From Macrostomum lignano (taxonomy: Eukaryota): DNA of 64,000 bases. The translations under genes and the position numbers were made by a program. Of this stretch, positions 44,519 through 55,413 are shown piece after piece; position 1 is the first letter of the stretch, and each line of letters begins with the position of its first letter. The stretch is taken from the NCBI GenBank assembly GCA_002269645.1, contig NIVC01000891.1, positions 353,783-417,782 on the forward strand, read 5' to 3'. The notes beneath the pieces are model-generated. The model was given only the letters and a program-made list of their open reading frames with translations, was not told the origin of the DNA and searched no databases.

Positions 44519-47500
44519 ATGACAAGAAAATGTTGTATCCCAGGTTGTAATAGTAACTATAAAAGTGGTGAAAAAGCTACTGTTTATGCATTTCCAAAAG
44601 AATCCAATGAGTATGGACTTTGGGTACAAGCCATTCCAAATAATTTAAAGGTAAATAAAGTTTTAAATGTTTTGTTAAAAGAATCAAATAATTTTTTTGT
44701 TAAATTACCAGATATTTGATTATTTTTAATTGCTATTTTTTAATTTGTTTTAAATGTACACCAATCTATACACCATAGGTACAGAATCCATCGAAATTCA
44801 TGGGTATCTGTCAAAAACACTGGCCTGAAGGAGCACCCATGAAGCAAGTAAAGCGTTTTGCCCGACCTAAGCATCCACCAAGTATTTTTGCGACTACACC
44901 TAAGTCAGCCATGCAGCTTATTTGTGCAAGTAAGTAAATTTTTTGCTTAACTGAACCCCTTGTAATCTTTGAATTTGATATTTACTTGTGGTTCAACACC
45001 AATTTTTCTAGGCAATTCAAGGAATGCCACCCAGCGTGGTGTACTTTTAACCCAACGTGGTCAGTTTAAAGACGAGTTGGAGCCATTTAATGAAGCAGAC
45101 AGAATAGGTTCTTGGCCTACCTTTACTCAAAAGGCTCCTACTCTTGAGTTCGTCTCAAATGGACAATGGTTATTGCAGCTGAATGAGTCTGAAGTGCATT
45201 TTTATATTATTCAAGATCGGAAAATCCAAGCATCCCTGATGGTTCAGGACAATTTTTGCGTGAATGCATACCGCTCTAATACCCCAATCAGTGTGTCACA
45301 ATTTTTGGGATTTCAACATCGGCTTGAGCGGTTTAGCCAACTTGAAGCAGTGCAAAACTATATCAGGCATGCTGATCTCGACACAACCAGCGAATTCAAT
45401 TCTCATCTGAAGGCAATCAGCGAGTTGTGTGAGGGAAATACTCGCCAATCTTTCCTGGTTCGTCAACTTTCCCTTAGTCATTCTGATCCAAAGGGAGTGC
45501 GCTACATGTCACAAGATATTTTAGAAGCTGCTAAGTTGTATTTTGCTGGTCGCAGCGGTTATCGTGCTACCCGAAGCATTTTATGCATCCCTCATCCTAT
45601 TACACTGAAGCAGCATCTTGGTGGACTAGGAAACGTCGGCACAGATAATGATTGCCAAAAAATTATCCAAACCCATTTGGAACGGTGCACACCACTACAA
45701 CGATGCTGCTCAATTATATTCGACGAAGTGTATGTGAAGCCATCTCTGCGTCTGAGTGGTTCACATGCAGTTGGATTTGCAGAGGATTGCTCAGACAAGT
45801 TGGCGCGAACGGTTCTGGCTATAATGATTAAACCGTTTATGGGAGCGGATGCTTTTGTGGCCCGTCTCATACCTATTTATAGCTTGCAGCCTCAGTTTCT
45901 GCACAGCCAACTGCTGCACCTGATCCGAATTATTCATCTATGTGGTGGCACGGTGATAACTTTAATTTGCGATAACCACTTTATCAATAGGCGCTGCTAT
46001 GAATTTTTTCGAAGAGATTCTCCGGATCAATTTGATGAGGCTTGGCGAGTCGCTAATCCGGCCGACACATCAATTCCTTTGTTTCTGATTTACGATACCG
46101 TGCACATTTTAAAGAACATACGAAATAATTGGATCACGCAAGGACATAAAGAGCTCCAGTTTACGCCAGAATCTGGTGGTCCGTCACTTATTGCCAAATG
46201 GAGCCACCTTGTCGAACTTGAGGAGACCTCACGTGGAAATATTGTGCGTCCTACTACTCTGAGTCCGACGGCGTGTAACCCATCTGCATTAGAACGCCAG
46301 AAGGTGAATCTTGTGCTAGACGTTTTCAGCGAGAAGACTGTTGCAGCACTCCGAGTTATTGACAGATCAAGTACAGCCGAGTTTATTGAAATAGTACTTA
46401 ATTTTTGGAAAACGGTCAATGTGAAGTCTCCAAATTCGCATATCAGACTTTTTGACAAGTATCGGGCCCCGATTACATCTACAGACTCTAGTAATCTGGT
46501 GAATCTAATGAAGTTTTCTGACATGGTGGAACGCATGCCAGGCGGCCGGGGTGCCACTCGCGCGCGTTCACTGACGACGGAGACTAAAAAAGCTATCATT
46601 CAGACAGTACACGGCTTAGTTGGTATCAGCAACTATTTGCTATCGAAATGCGGATTTGCGTACGTGCTGCTGGGTAAGCCTATTCACATGACTGTAATTC
46701 CGTGTTTGGTAGCGCTATTTTTTGTGTCAGCGGCGCTATTAGAGTCGCACTAAATGAAAATGATCAAAATTTTAGCGTGCGCTAAATTTGCAGCAGCAAA
46801 GCGACACCAAATAACCAAGTTTAATTTGATGTAGGGATTCCTAAATCAATTTTGGTGATTTTTTAGATTAAACTGTGCCAAATGATTCCTCAAACCATAT
46901 CTAATTCAACCATCATATTCAAGGTGAACTTCAATCGGACCGATTGGAGGGCGAATTCGGGGTATACCGACAGAGTCACGGCGGATGCTACTACATATCA
47001 GTAGACCAGATCCTGTCTAGTGCTCGCCTCCGTCGCATGCAGCTTTACAGCAAGCTGCAAGTGTCGACTGCAGACACTCGCGAGCATCAACAGTCGTTGT
47101 GTTGTTCCGCCGGGATGACAGATGCCGACATGGATGCTATGGACGGGCTTCCAGATAAAGTGAACAATATTACGCAGGAAGAACAAGCATCTTTGTATTA
47201 CGTCTGCGGATATATTGCTTTCAAAGATAGCCTTGATTCTCCGTACGATGGGCCAAGCACCTACGATAATTCCTGCGAATTCGCATCAATGGTGTCGCGT
47301 GGCAGGCTAAAACATCCTCCAGAGTGGTTGCTACTTTTTTCCTTTTTTGCTACTCGTTTTTTTGCCACACTAATTCCAGATGCGTCAATAACACAGCCAA
47401 AGCATTTGCTACAATCTATGACGCGTTTTTTGATGTGCCAATTGAGACTGCTTTATTGCAACGCATCTCGAAGAGACTAACGAACATATTTTTTTAAGGG

Positions 47501-47576
47501 GCTCGTTAGACGAGACTCAGAGCCTCAGAGAGAAACGAGCTCCACCGCACGTCGGCTGCGCAAGTTGAATCCTTAA
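44519..47576 (+). CDS. P-element superfamily (THAP9-like) transposase; exons 44519-44650, 44779-44929, 45012-46673, 46924-~47576; two homopolymer frameshifts in the last exon
   Basis: Spliced THAP zinc finger CCIPGC...FP...W...CQKHW...PSIF. Catalytic-type motifs IIFDE, ICDN, YDTVHILKNIRNNW and QSDRLEGEFGVYRQ; C-terminal SRGRLKHP. GT-AG introns with phases 0,1,1. Confidence 0.9.
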
Positions 47577-47891
47577 CAGATTTTTTGGAGATTTTACAAT
47601 CATTTTACAATTTGTTTTTTATTTTCCAGTTTGCTGTTTGCTTTTTCAGCCTGAATCCTTTGCTCATAACGTTGCTCGTTGCTCATAACGCTATAATTTC
47701 TATATTCCCTTTTTTGTTTACTATTTTCCCTTCTATCATAGTTTAAAGTTATACATGTACGCTTGCATTTTCAGCCCAAAAACCTTCATAAATTTATTTT
47801 TGTCTAACTTACATTTTTGTAATACTTCGGGTGTGTCATATTATTAAGTAGCTAATGTCAATGTCACTACCAGAGCAGATTCACTTGCCAT

Positions 47892-48023
47892 CAGTGGCGC
47901 AGCCAGGGGGGCCCGGGCCCCCGAAATTTACCCCCCCCCATTCGGAGAAAAAATTCTAAACCCCCTCCTCTGGGTGTTAAATGCTCCACCCCCCCCCCGA
48001 AATAATGTCTGGCTGCGCCACTG
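47892..48023. mobile_element. GC-rich hAT-like MITE, 132 bp (second copy 61233-61369)
   Basis: TIR CAGTGGCGCAGCCAG / CTGGCTGCGCCACTG; no clean TSD seen. Confidence 0.75.
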
Positions 48024-49807
48024 CTCATCACCATCCAGCCAGAAAATCCGAAACCACCTTACAGTTAGTTGTGCGACCGTGCATTGTCTATCTGCCACAG
48101 AAGCTCGTCCAGGTGAATCGTGAATTGTGGACCTGATTAGAGCGTGCGACTTGTCGAGATTCATGGTGATTTTTGTTCGCTGCGTAGACGAGTTTTCAAC
48201 GCGTATGCGTTGCGCTGGCTATAGCTATCGGCTTAACGAATTATTGCCGTAGGTTGGGCCATAAACATCCAATGCATGTCTCGATTGCACTGGTATCGAT
48301 TCACTATCACTAAGAAACTTTGCAGCTGCTCTACATGCACGCGAACACCCGACACACCCAAAATAATGACACACCCGAAATAACTCACCCGCATTTGATG
48401 TAGAGATACATTCTGAAAAAATAATGTTGGTCTTCCACAGAAAATATCGAGCGCTTGATATTGTCTGGTCTTCCAGTTTTGTCTAAATAAGCTCTTTATT
48501 ATTGGTGCACATTGTTCTGTAACTGTTTACTGCATTCATTTAAGCAAGTTTTCTACAAGCTAAAGTACTTTTGTGCTGCTTGATAATTGCAATGCCAGGA
48601 CCAAAACTTCAAAGGCATGGTCAAGAGAAAAGGAATCAGAGCGCCACAATACGCTCACCGAAAAATGTTTGCAGCAATTAGAGCACAATTTGCATAACGT
48701 TAATGTATAAGATTCTTAAGATTTCTAGACCTATACTGCTAGAGTTTACTAAAACTTTTATAGCACATCGTACCATATCAGATAGTCTAGGATGAAAAAT
48801 TCCTGATAACTGAGCTAGCTACTAGTTGAGCCGCAATCGATTTCGATAATCGGCCTCCAAAACTCTCCATCATTTTCAGTGACCTCCAAGTCAAAACTGT
48901 TGACTACGCACTCAGTATTTAGCTGTCAGTTTACTGCATACATTTATATACTATACAAAACTGCATTTTATTTACTCAATGTTTCTCTTGTATTTGCCTG
49001 TTATGAGCTGAGCATTTTACCAGCCTTTATTACTTATATTTTCGGCATAGCGCATCTTTGTGCTGGGTTTCATTTTTGTGCATATGAAAAGAAGTGTTTA
49101 AGAAACAATTATATTTTTTATATAATATCAGTATGTATACAGAATATATCTATTCATTTCTTTTTTAATACTTTTTAATACACATAATATATATTATAAT
49201 CAGCAAAAATTCCTTGCAAGTAAAATTATGAAAAGTTCACATTGTACAGGAGAGAAAAAAAGTTTTGTCTGTTAATTTTACTCAAATAAAAGTGAAGTTC
49301 TTCACTTTGGGAGTTAATCAATATGAAAGACAATGCCAGCAAAAATGAAAACTGTACCAATGAGTGTGGAGAGCCAGTGTCAGCCAGCAAGCAGTTGAAT
49401 AACCGCAGTCACATCTTGAAGCAGTGCACAATAGATCAGCATCAATGCTTGATGTTGTCTGGTTAGCAGCCAGAGCATAGCCATCTTTTGTATGTTGACA
49501 GCCAAACCAATTGCTGCCACAAAAGCAACCAGCCTGCCTAGCTTCCTAGGGACAAGTGGGCTGGACATAGAACACCTTGCCAGTCATTAGGTTGGACAAA
49601 TATGAAGCATTGGCCAATACAAAGCATGGTAGATAGGCTTAGAAGGTAGATAAGAGACCAGGAAAGTAGTTCAGGCTTGTTGCTAGTGGCTGGAAGAAAG
49701 AAATATTAAAAGGTGAACTACTCAGGTTTAATGTAAAAATGGATGCTGGTCAAAGATATACAAAAGTTATTTAAAATTATATAAGGCATTAAATATATTT
49801 GGCAACT

Positions 49808-50562
49808 TGTCGTAGGGCACTTTTATTATTTTCTAAATCCCACCGCTATCGCCAAATTTGTTGCAGGGATAATTAACTATTATAAACTATTCCACCGATG
49901 TCACCAAGTTGTTGTAGGGGTTTGGCTATAATTCTAGAATTTCATTATATTAGCTTATTGGATTCGTTATGAGCTACTAAAATACGGCGTAACTGAGGTA
50001 AGACTATGGGCTTTCACGTAAGCACGGATTGCCCTGGTAGCGCGCAGTGCCCGAGCGGCAAGACACTGTTCAGCTAGGGGGAGAGGGGGAAAGACTAAGT
50101 CCTAAAGCAGCGTCCTCCAATGGATCGAGGTTGCCCGGTGAATTTCAATTTCCTCTTACGGATTTGCTCTTGTCAGGTACGACTTTCTCATTGGTTGTTC
50201 AATTCGAATATTACTAATGGGATATATCTCCCTTTTCTATTGGCTCTACGCCTCTGCTCTTTGCAGGTACGCAATTGGCTCTTAGACTACTCGTCTTTTT
50301 CTCTTGGTAATTTCTACCTTCTGTCCAATGAGCATTCGCTCTTAGTTTTCTAGCAAATGAAGGAAGGCTTGAAACACTTCTTCAATTTTATAGGCAATTC
50401 GCCTATGAACCAGAAGGTGTAAAACTTCGGTTGCCTCTCTGGGCACAAAATTCGCTTCTATTTATACTAAAATTGGGGTGGGGAACAAGACGCGTTTAAA
50501 CAAAGTTCTAAAAATATACGTTTCCATAGTAAAGGCGGGAATTTAAAACTTGGCCTCTCTCA
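49808..50562 (-). repeat. 3' LTR (755 bp)
   Basis: Matches 58540-59295 apart from one G in a run (only difference noticed); several CCAAT/ATTGG boxes. Confidence 0.95.
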
Positions 50563-51070
50563 ACTGGCTTCCCTAAGGATAATTTTCGAATGGTAAAAAA
50601 AATAAAAAGTGAGAAAATTATTCTATTTGATACAATGAGTAGTCTATAACGCACGCCTAACAAAAAATGCAACATAATGTGAGTATTAATGGAATATAAA
50701 AGCGCGAAATTAGGTGCACAGAAAATGTGACAGTCATAAACTAAATACGGAAAGTGTGAACTAAATATGGATGCACGCACAAAGTTCAAACAGTTATGGT
50801 GAATAAAACGGTGTAGATGATAAAACAAATGTGAAGTGGTTTTAATGAGTAAGCAAAAACACAAAGTTAGACAGTAGTAATTAGATAAGCAATTTTATAG
50901 ATAGCACAATAAAAAAATGGAGCACAAATGCCAGCAAATATATGAATAAGCAGAAGGCTACGCAATTTTATTAAAGGATGAACGCACACTACTAATTTGT
51001 AAAATTTTTACGATAAATTGCAGAGGCAGAATTATATTGCAAATGTTAATATTTGGCAAAGTCACCTGTA

Positions 51071-52432
51071 TTAGTTCATATTAAACTCCTCTGGTAACCC
51101 ACGCTCGTCCGTCCAGCCGAGAAGATCTCCCATCCAGCGTACTTCGATACGCAGGAGGATCCCGTAATACGGGTGGCCCGCCTGCTGAAGCGCGTGGAGA
51201 GTGTAGGCGACCGCTCGTCGCCATGCCGCAATTGCTTGCTCGGGCGTGTAGCTGCTCATCAACATCTGTAGTACTGGCCGAATATGCGCCCGTTGCGGCA
51301 GAGCGCGGTCAAGACGCACGTTGGCAATTCGCATCAAATAAGCCTTGATGAGGGCTATCATTCGCTTAAAGTGCGCATGGCGGCCTTCGGGTATTTCAGC
51401 CAGAGCCCGGCTCAAGTTGGCACCGAAGTCATTGACATCAGCCGGGCGAGGGAACTGGCTCGATTGTGGTTGAACTTGAAATTGCGCCTGGTTCGCGTCC
51501 ATGCCGCAAGCAGCGTTTGATGATGGAGGCACCGTTAATATCGGCTGCGGTGGTTGCTGTGACTGTGGCGCTGGCGACGGCTGCTGCGGGGGCTGCTGCG
51601 ACGGCTGCTGAGCTGGCGACGGCTGCTGTGAGTGCGGCGCTGGCGTCAGCTGCTGCGGGGGCTGCTGTGACAGCTGCTGAGCTGGCGGCAGCTGCTGTGT
51701 TGGCGCTGACTGCGGCGGACGACGCTGAGGGCGCTTCCGCGGAGCAGGCTGCCGCTGGCGGCTTGAGTGTGCTGTCGCCTGTGTCGGCTGTCGCTCTTGC
51801 AGCGGGGTCCGCGGCAGAATCCGCCGTACAGCCGGGCCGAGCCGCATCATTATAGTGGAGCGCGCCTCTGTTGGACGCCGAGCCATTGCCGTGGCGCTCG
51901 CCTCTGGTGCCTTCGCAGCCTGTCGCCGCAAAATAGCAGCCCGATTCTCAGCTGCCTGTGGCACCGGAATCTTTGAAGGGGCTGCTCGCTTAGGCTGTGT
52001 GGGCGCTTGCACTGGCGAGCCGACCCTTTTTACGACAGATCGCAGCCGGCCTCCAGGCTTCGATGGTTGCGTAGGCTGTCGCTCGGGCGCCTCCAGCTCT
52101 TGACCATCATTGATGGGCGGCCGCTTCGGGACCGTACTGCGATTGTCAACTTCTGCAGTTGCTGCCGTGGTGGCGCTCGTGCCAGCTGCCTCACTACTGC
52201 CAGTGTCGGCTGTTGCTTCCGTGTTTGCCATGCCGGCCGCTCTGCTGTCTATTTCGACTGTTGTGCTTGTCACTTCGACTGGTGCGTTAGCCATTTCGGC
52301 TGCTGCATTCGCCCTTTCGGCTGGTTCGTTGGCCCTATCGGCCGTAGTACTATCAAGTCCATCGAACGTATCAAATGGATCCTCAATATCGAGTAATTCT
52401 CTAAGCCACGAAAAATCCTCTTCTTCACTCAT
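51071..52432 (-). CDS. Extra ORF3 of the Gypsy element (453 aa), function unknown, not env-like
   Basis: Intact ATG-to-stop ORF between pol and the 3' LTR, same sense as pol. Acidic N-terminus, A/T/Q/P-rich middle, ~120-aa non-repetitive C-terminal region; no signal peptide or TM stretch seen. Confidence 0.75.
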   Translation of the reverse strand: MSEEEDFSWLRELLDIEDPFDTFDGLDSTTADRANEPAERANAAAEMANAPVEVTSTTVEIDSRAAGMANTEATADTGSSEAAGTSATTAATAEVDNRSTVPKRPPINDGQELEAPERQPTQPSKPGGRLRSVVKRVGSPVQAPTQPKRAAPSKIPVPQAAENRAAILRRQAAKAPEASATAMARRPTEARSTIMMRLGPAVRRILPRTPLQERQPTQATAHSSRQRQPAPRKRPQRRPPQSAPTQQLPPAQQLSQQPPQQLTPAPHSQQPSPAQQPSQQPPQQPSPAPQSQQPPQPILTVPPSSNAACGMDANQAQFQVQPQSSQFPRPADVNDFGANLSRALAEIPEGRHAHFKRMIALIKAYLMRIANVRLDRALPQRAHIRPVLQMLMSSYTPEQAIAAWRRAVAYTLHALQQAGHPYYGILLRIEVRWMGDLLGWTDERGLPEEFNMN

Positions 52433-52497
52433 TGCTCTTCCGAAATTCTCGGTCTCTCTGGAAATCTGTGGGGCTTCCGGGGCGTCAGGGGTCTTGC

Positions 52498-52695
52498 TTA
52501 TATAAGCCTCTCCGGGGAGGGGTCCCGGGAGAGGGATCGTGGCCTCCGATTTGCTTAGACAAGCAAATTTCCAAATAACGCGCTCTCATTGGCTCTCCGC
52601 ACTCAATTCCTTTCTTCCAATGGGATTGCTTCCTCACGCCTTCGCGCCTGTGCGCGCCTTCCTTCTGCTTCCCGTCTCTCAATAGGTCAGATTGG
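52498..52695 (-). promoter_or_regulatory. Putative internal promoter for ORF3
   Basis: TTATATAA at 52498-52505, ~65 nt upstream of the ORF3 ATG; GC-rich tract; CCAAT boxes at ~52588, ~52617 and ~52691. Confidence 0.45.
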
Positions 52696-54301
52696 GCAAT
52701 AGGCGCCACACTGTAATCAGCCTTTTCAGATAGCACGAGCATCTGTTCGGGGGCTTGATCTGACTACGAGTGTTGTACCTCTTCTCGGGCCTAGCCGCCT
52801 CTTCGGTAATCTCGTTTGCCTCTTGCTCAGTTTCGAGCTCTTCTCTTTCTTCCTCTTGCATTGGCTCTGCTTCCTCTACCTCACTGCCTTCTTCCTCAAA
52901 GATCTCACTATCAGACTCACTTGATGCTTCATCCTCGCTTTCTCTTTCTGACTCTGAGTTATCATTGTCTCGGAGATTGCATTGCCAATTCAGGCGGTCT
53001 TCATCTTCTGACTCTTCAACTTCTTCTATCTCTTCCCTCCGGGGGTGGCTTCCCTTAGCTTGTGCTTCTGCGGTGCCGCGCTGGCTTCCCTTAACTTTAG
53101 GCTCTCTCGTAGCTTTATCTGACTGACTGGCGGCAATCTCTTTAGCTGAATTTGGTACTACTGCTAAATTATCTCTATGCACTAACAGCTCCTTTCCTAT
53201 TAACTTTCCTTCTTCCTCCTTCTGTACTTTAAATACTACCTCTGAGATCTGCTTTAATACTCGATATGCTGATCTTCGCTGTCTATGGAATTTATGCGAC
53301 TCCTCGTTATCTAGCTGCGGGTTATTAATAAGCACTAAACTTCCTAACGGTACTTCTTTTGGCTGTTTGCTAGTTTCAGCGGCGGTCTGTCTTTGGTTTA
53401 TCACCTTCTCCAATTTCTCTTTTACGAGTTTCTGTGCGACAATTAGTCTTTCGGCATGTTCGGCAACATAGGATGGATAGCCTGCGTAGTGCTTTGGGTC
53501 CTTGATCTGATTGTCCATAGGTAACACAGCTTCCCTTCCAAATAACAGGAAATGGGGTGTGAAACCTGTTGTCTGATTGACACTGGTTCGGACAGCAACT
53601 AGCGCAGCTGGAATCATCAGATCCCAGTTATTGTGGTCTTTCTTGATAAGGCAGGTAATAATAGACTTTATCTGTTTATTGAACCTCTCTACCAAGCCGT
53701 TGCTCTGGGCATGATAGGGGGTAGTGAATGTCTGTTTGACATTATAGAGTTCACAGAAAGCCTTGAACTGTCTGCTGGAGAATGTTTTACCATTATCAGT
53801 ATGAATCCAGTGGCACTGTCCGTACTCACTGAAGATTCTCTCCTGCAGGATTTTAATGACAGTGTCTGATTTCTGGTTGCGGATTGGGAAGGCAAAGGGG
53901 TATCGCGTGGTGCTATCAACCACTGTGAGCACATATCGATGCCCTCTTCTACTCTGCTTGGATATTGGCCCGATTATGTCAATATGGAGGCGGTGAAATG
54001 GCTCGCTAATAGGGAAGGATTGGATGGGGGCTTGGACCTTATGTCCTCGTTTGCTTTCCAGGCAGGGTATACATTCAGAGATGTACTTCTCAACTGCCGT
54101 GGTCAGACCGGGTCTCCAAAATCTCTCGCGGACTTTTTGGATGGTCTTGTCTCTGCCTAAGTGTCCAGCTAGTGGGCTATCGTGGAGATCGCCAAGAACT
54201 AGTCTGTCTAATGACTCTGGCAAGACAACCTTCCATTTTTCGTCCTCTTTCACGATTAACAATTCGTTTTCGATTCTCATAGCCTCGTAGGCTTTGCACA
54301 T
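52679..54301 (-). CDS. pol: Pol part 3: integrase (HHCC + DDE) with acidic C-terminal tail, no chromodomain
   Basis: LHDSPLAGHLG...CIPC, HIDIIGP, TDNGKTF and NGLVERFN motifs; separated from part 2 by a 1-nt shift in the G5 run at 54315-54319. Confidence 0.93.
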   Translation of the reverse strand: MCKAYEAMRIENELLIVKEDEKWKVVLPESLDRLVLGDLHDSPLAGHLGRDKTIQKVRERFWRPGLTTAVEKYISECIPCLESKRGHKVQAPIQSFPISEPFHRLHIDIIGPISKQSRRGHRYVLTVVDSTTRYPFAFPIRNQKSDTVIKILQERIFSEYGQCHWIHTDNGKTFSSRQFKAFCELYNVKQTFTTPYHAQSNGLVERFNKQIKSIITCLIKKDHNNWDLMIPAALVAVRTSVNQTTGFTPHFLLFGREAVLPMDNQIKDPKHYAGYPSYVAEHAERLIVAQKLVKEKLEKVINQRQTAAETSKQPKEVPLGSLVLINNPQLDNEESHKFHRQRRSAYRVLKQISEVVFKVQKEEEGKLIGKELLVHRDNLAVVPNSAKEIAASQSDKATREPKVKGSQRGTAEAQAKGSHPRREEIEEVEESEDEDRLNWQCNLRDNDNSESERESEDEASSESDSEIFEEEGSEVEEAEPMQEEEREELETEQEANEITEEAARPEKRYNTRSQIKPPNRCSCYLKRLITVWRLLPNLTY

Positions 54302-54306
54302 TTGCT

Positions 54307-55413
54307 TTAGCAGCGGGGGTCGGTTCTCTGGGGCACTGGGATTTCAACTTTCGCACATTTCCATTGCACGAGGGTTCGGATCGAGGGGTCCTCTCTCTGG
54401 GCTTCAACGATTTGGTCACGCTTCAGGGGGACTGGGAGGTAGTCAGTCAAGAGCTTATCGACTCTTCGTACCTCGCTCTCTCGTTCGTGTCTGGACATTA
54501 CAGAGATTTGGCTCGATTGCGCAAGGCTCAAGCTCAGTGGCTCCAAATTGTTATCCTGAACACAATTACAAGGGGCAGAGGGCTGGGGGACTGAATGGCA
54601 CGGGGGCTGGGCGGCTAAATGGTTCAGCGAGAGGGGGGTTGGGGCAGGGCAATCGGGTATTGAGTCCTCAACTGGCGGCTGGGCCTGGCTTGTACAGCTG
54701 TCCTCTGCCTTTGCCTTCTGACTCAGTTCGGCCAATTTGGCTCTGTTGGGGAAGGGAAATTCTGGGTTGGCATTATCGCCTTGAATCACCAATTCAGTGT
54801 TTGATTTATCACTCTGGCCTGTTTCGGCTGTCTCAGCGGGTCTCCTGGACAAGCTGTCCGCGTTGGTATGCTTGGCGCCACTTCTGTGTTCAATGTCAAA
54901 TTGGAACTCAGTCAGGCGCTCAATCCAACGTCCTAAGATACCCTGGGCTTCAGTCTGCCGTAGCAACCAGAGGATTGCTTTATGGTCAGTTCGGGCAAGA
55001 AATCTTTTTCCGATCAAATAGAAACGAAAGTGTCTCATAGCGTCTACTAGTGCTAACAACTCTTTTCGAGTGATAGGGTAGCGCTTTTCCGACTCTTTCA
55101 TTGCGCGGCTAAAATACGCAATAGGCCTTTCGATACCATCGGACTGGATCTGGCCTAAACAGGCCCCAATCCGTCCTTCACTGGCATCGGTATCCAGAAC
55201 CATTTTGACATTTTCGTCATCTACGAATTCAGGATACGCAAGCACCTCTGTTGACATCATGCGCTGTTTTAATGATTCAAAAGCCTTATCATGCACATCT
55301 GTCCACTTTGCTGAGAAATTTTGCACTCCCTTTCGGGTGAGCTGAAACAGTGGATGCGCGGCTTCAGCATAGTTTTTTACGAATCGACTGTAATAATTAC
55401 ACAGTCCTAGAAA
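54307..55413 (-). CDS. pol: Pol part 2: RT connection and RNase H
   Basis: FLGLCNYYSRF, LDTDAS, PIAYFSR, KELLAL, TDHKA and NADSLSR motifs. Confidence 0.92.
   Translation of the reverse strand, partial: FLGLCNYYSRFVKNYAEAAHPLFQLTRKGVQNFSAKWTDVHDKAFESLKQRMMSTEVLAYPEFVDDENVKMVLDTDASEGRIGACLGQIQSDGIERPIAYFSRAMKESEKRYPITRKELLALVDAMRHFRFYLIGKRFLARTDHKAILWLLRQTEAQGILGRWIERLTEFQFDIEHRSGAKHTNADSLSRRPAETAETGQSDKSNTELVIQGDNANPEFPFPNRAKLAELSQKAKAEDSCTSQAQPPVEDSIPDCPAPTPLSLNHLAAQPPCHSVPQPSAPCNCVQDNNLEPLSLSLAQSSQISVMSRHERESEVRRVDKLLTDYLPVPLKRDQIVEAQREDPSIRTLVQWKCAKVEIPVPQRTDPRC

Noticed and set aside
48879-50864. Short ORFs (99, 62, 77 and 118 aa) and their duplicates at 58853-62914
   Set aside because: AT-rich or LTR sequence without motifs; they recur only because of the duplication and the LTR pair.
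51071-52432. ORF3 as an env gene
   Set aside because: No signal peptide, furin-site/fusion-peptide pattern or transmembrane anchor is visible.
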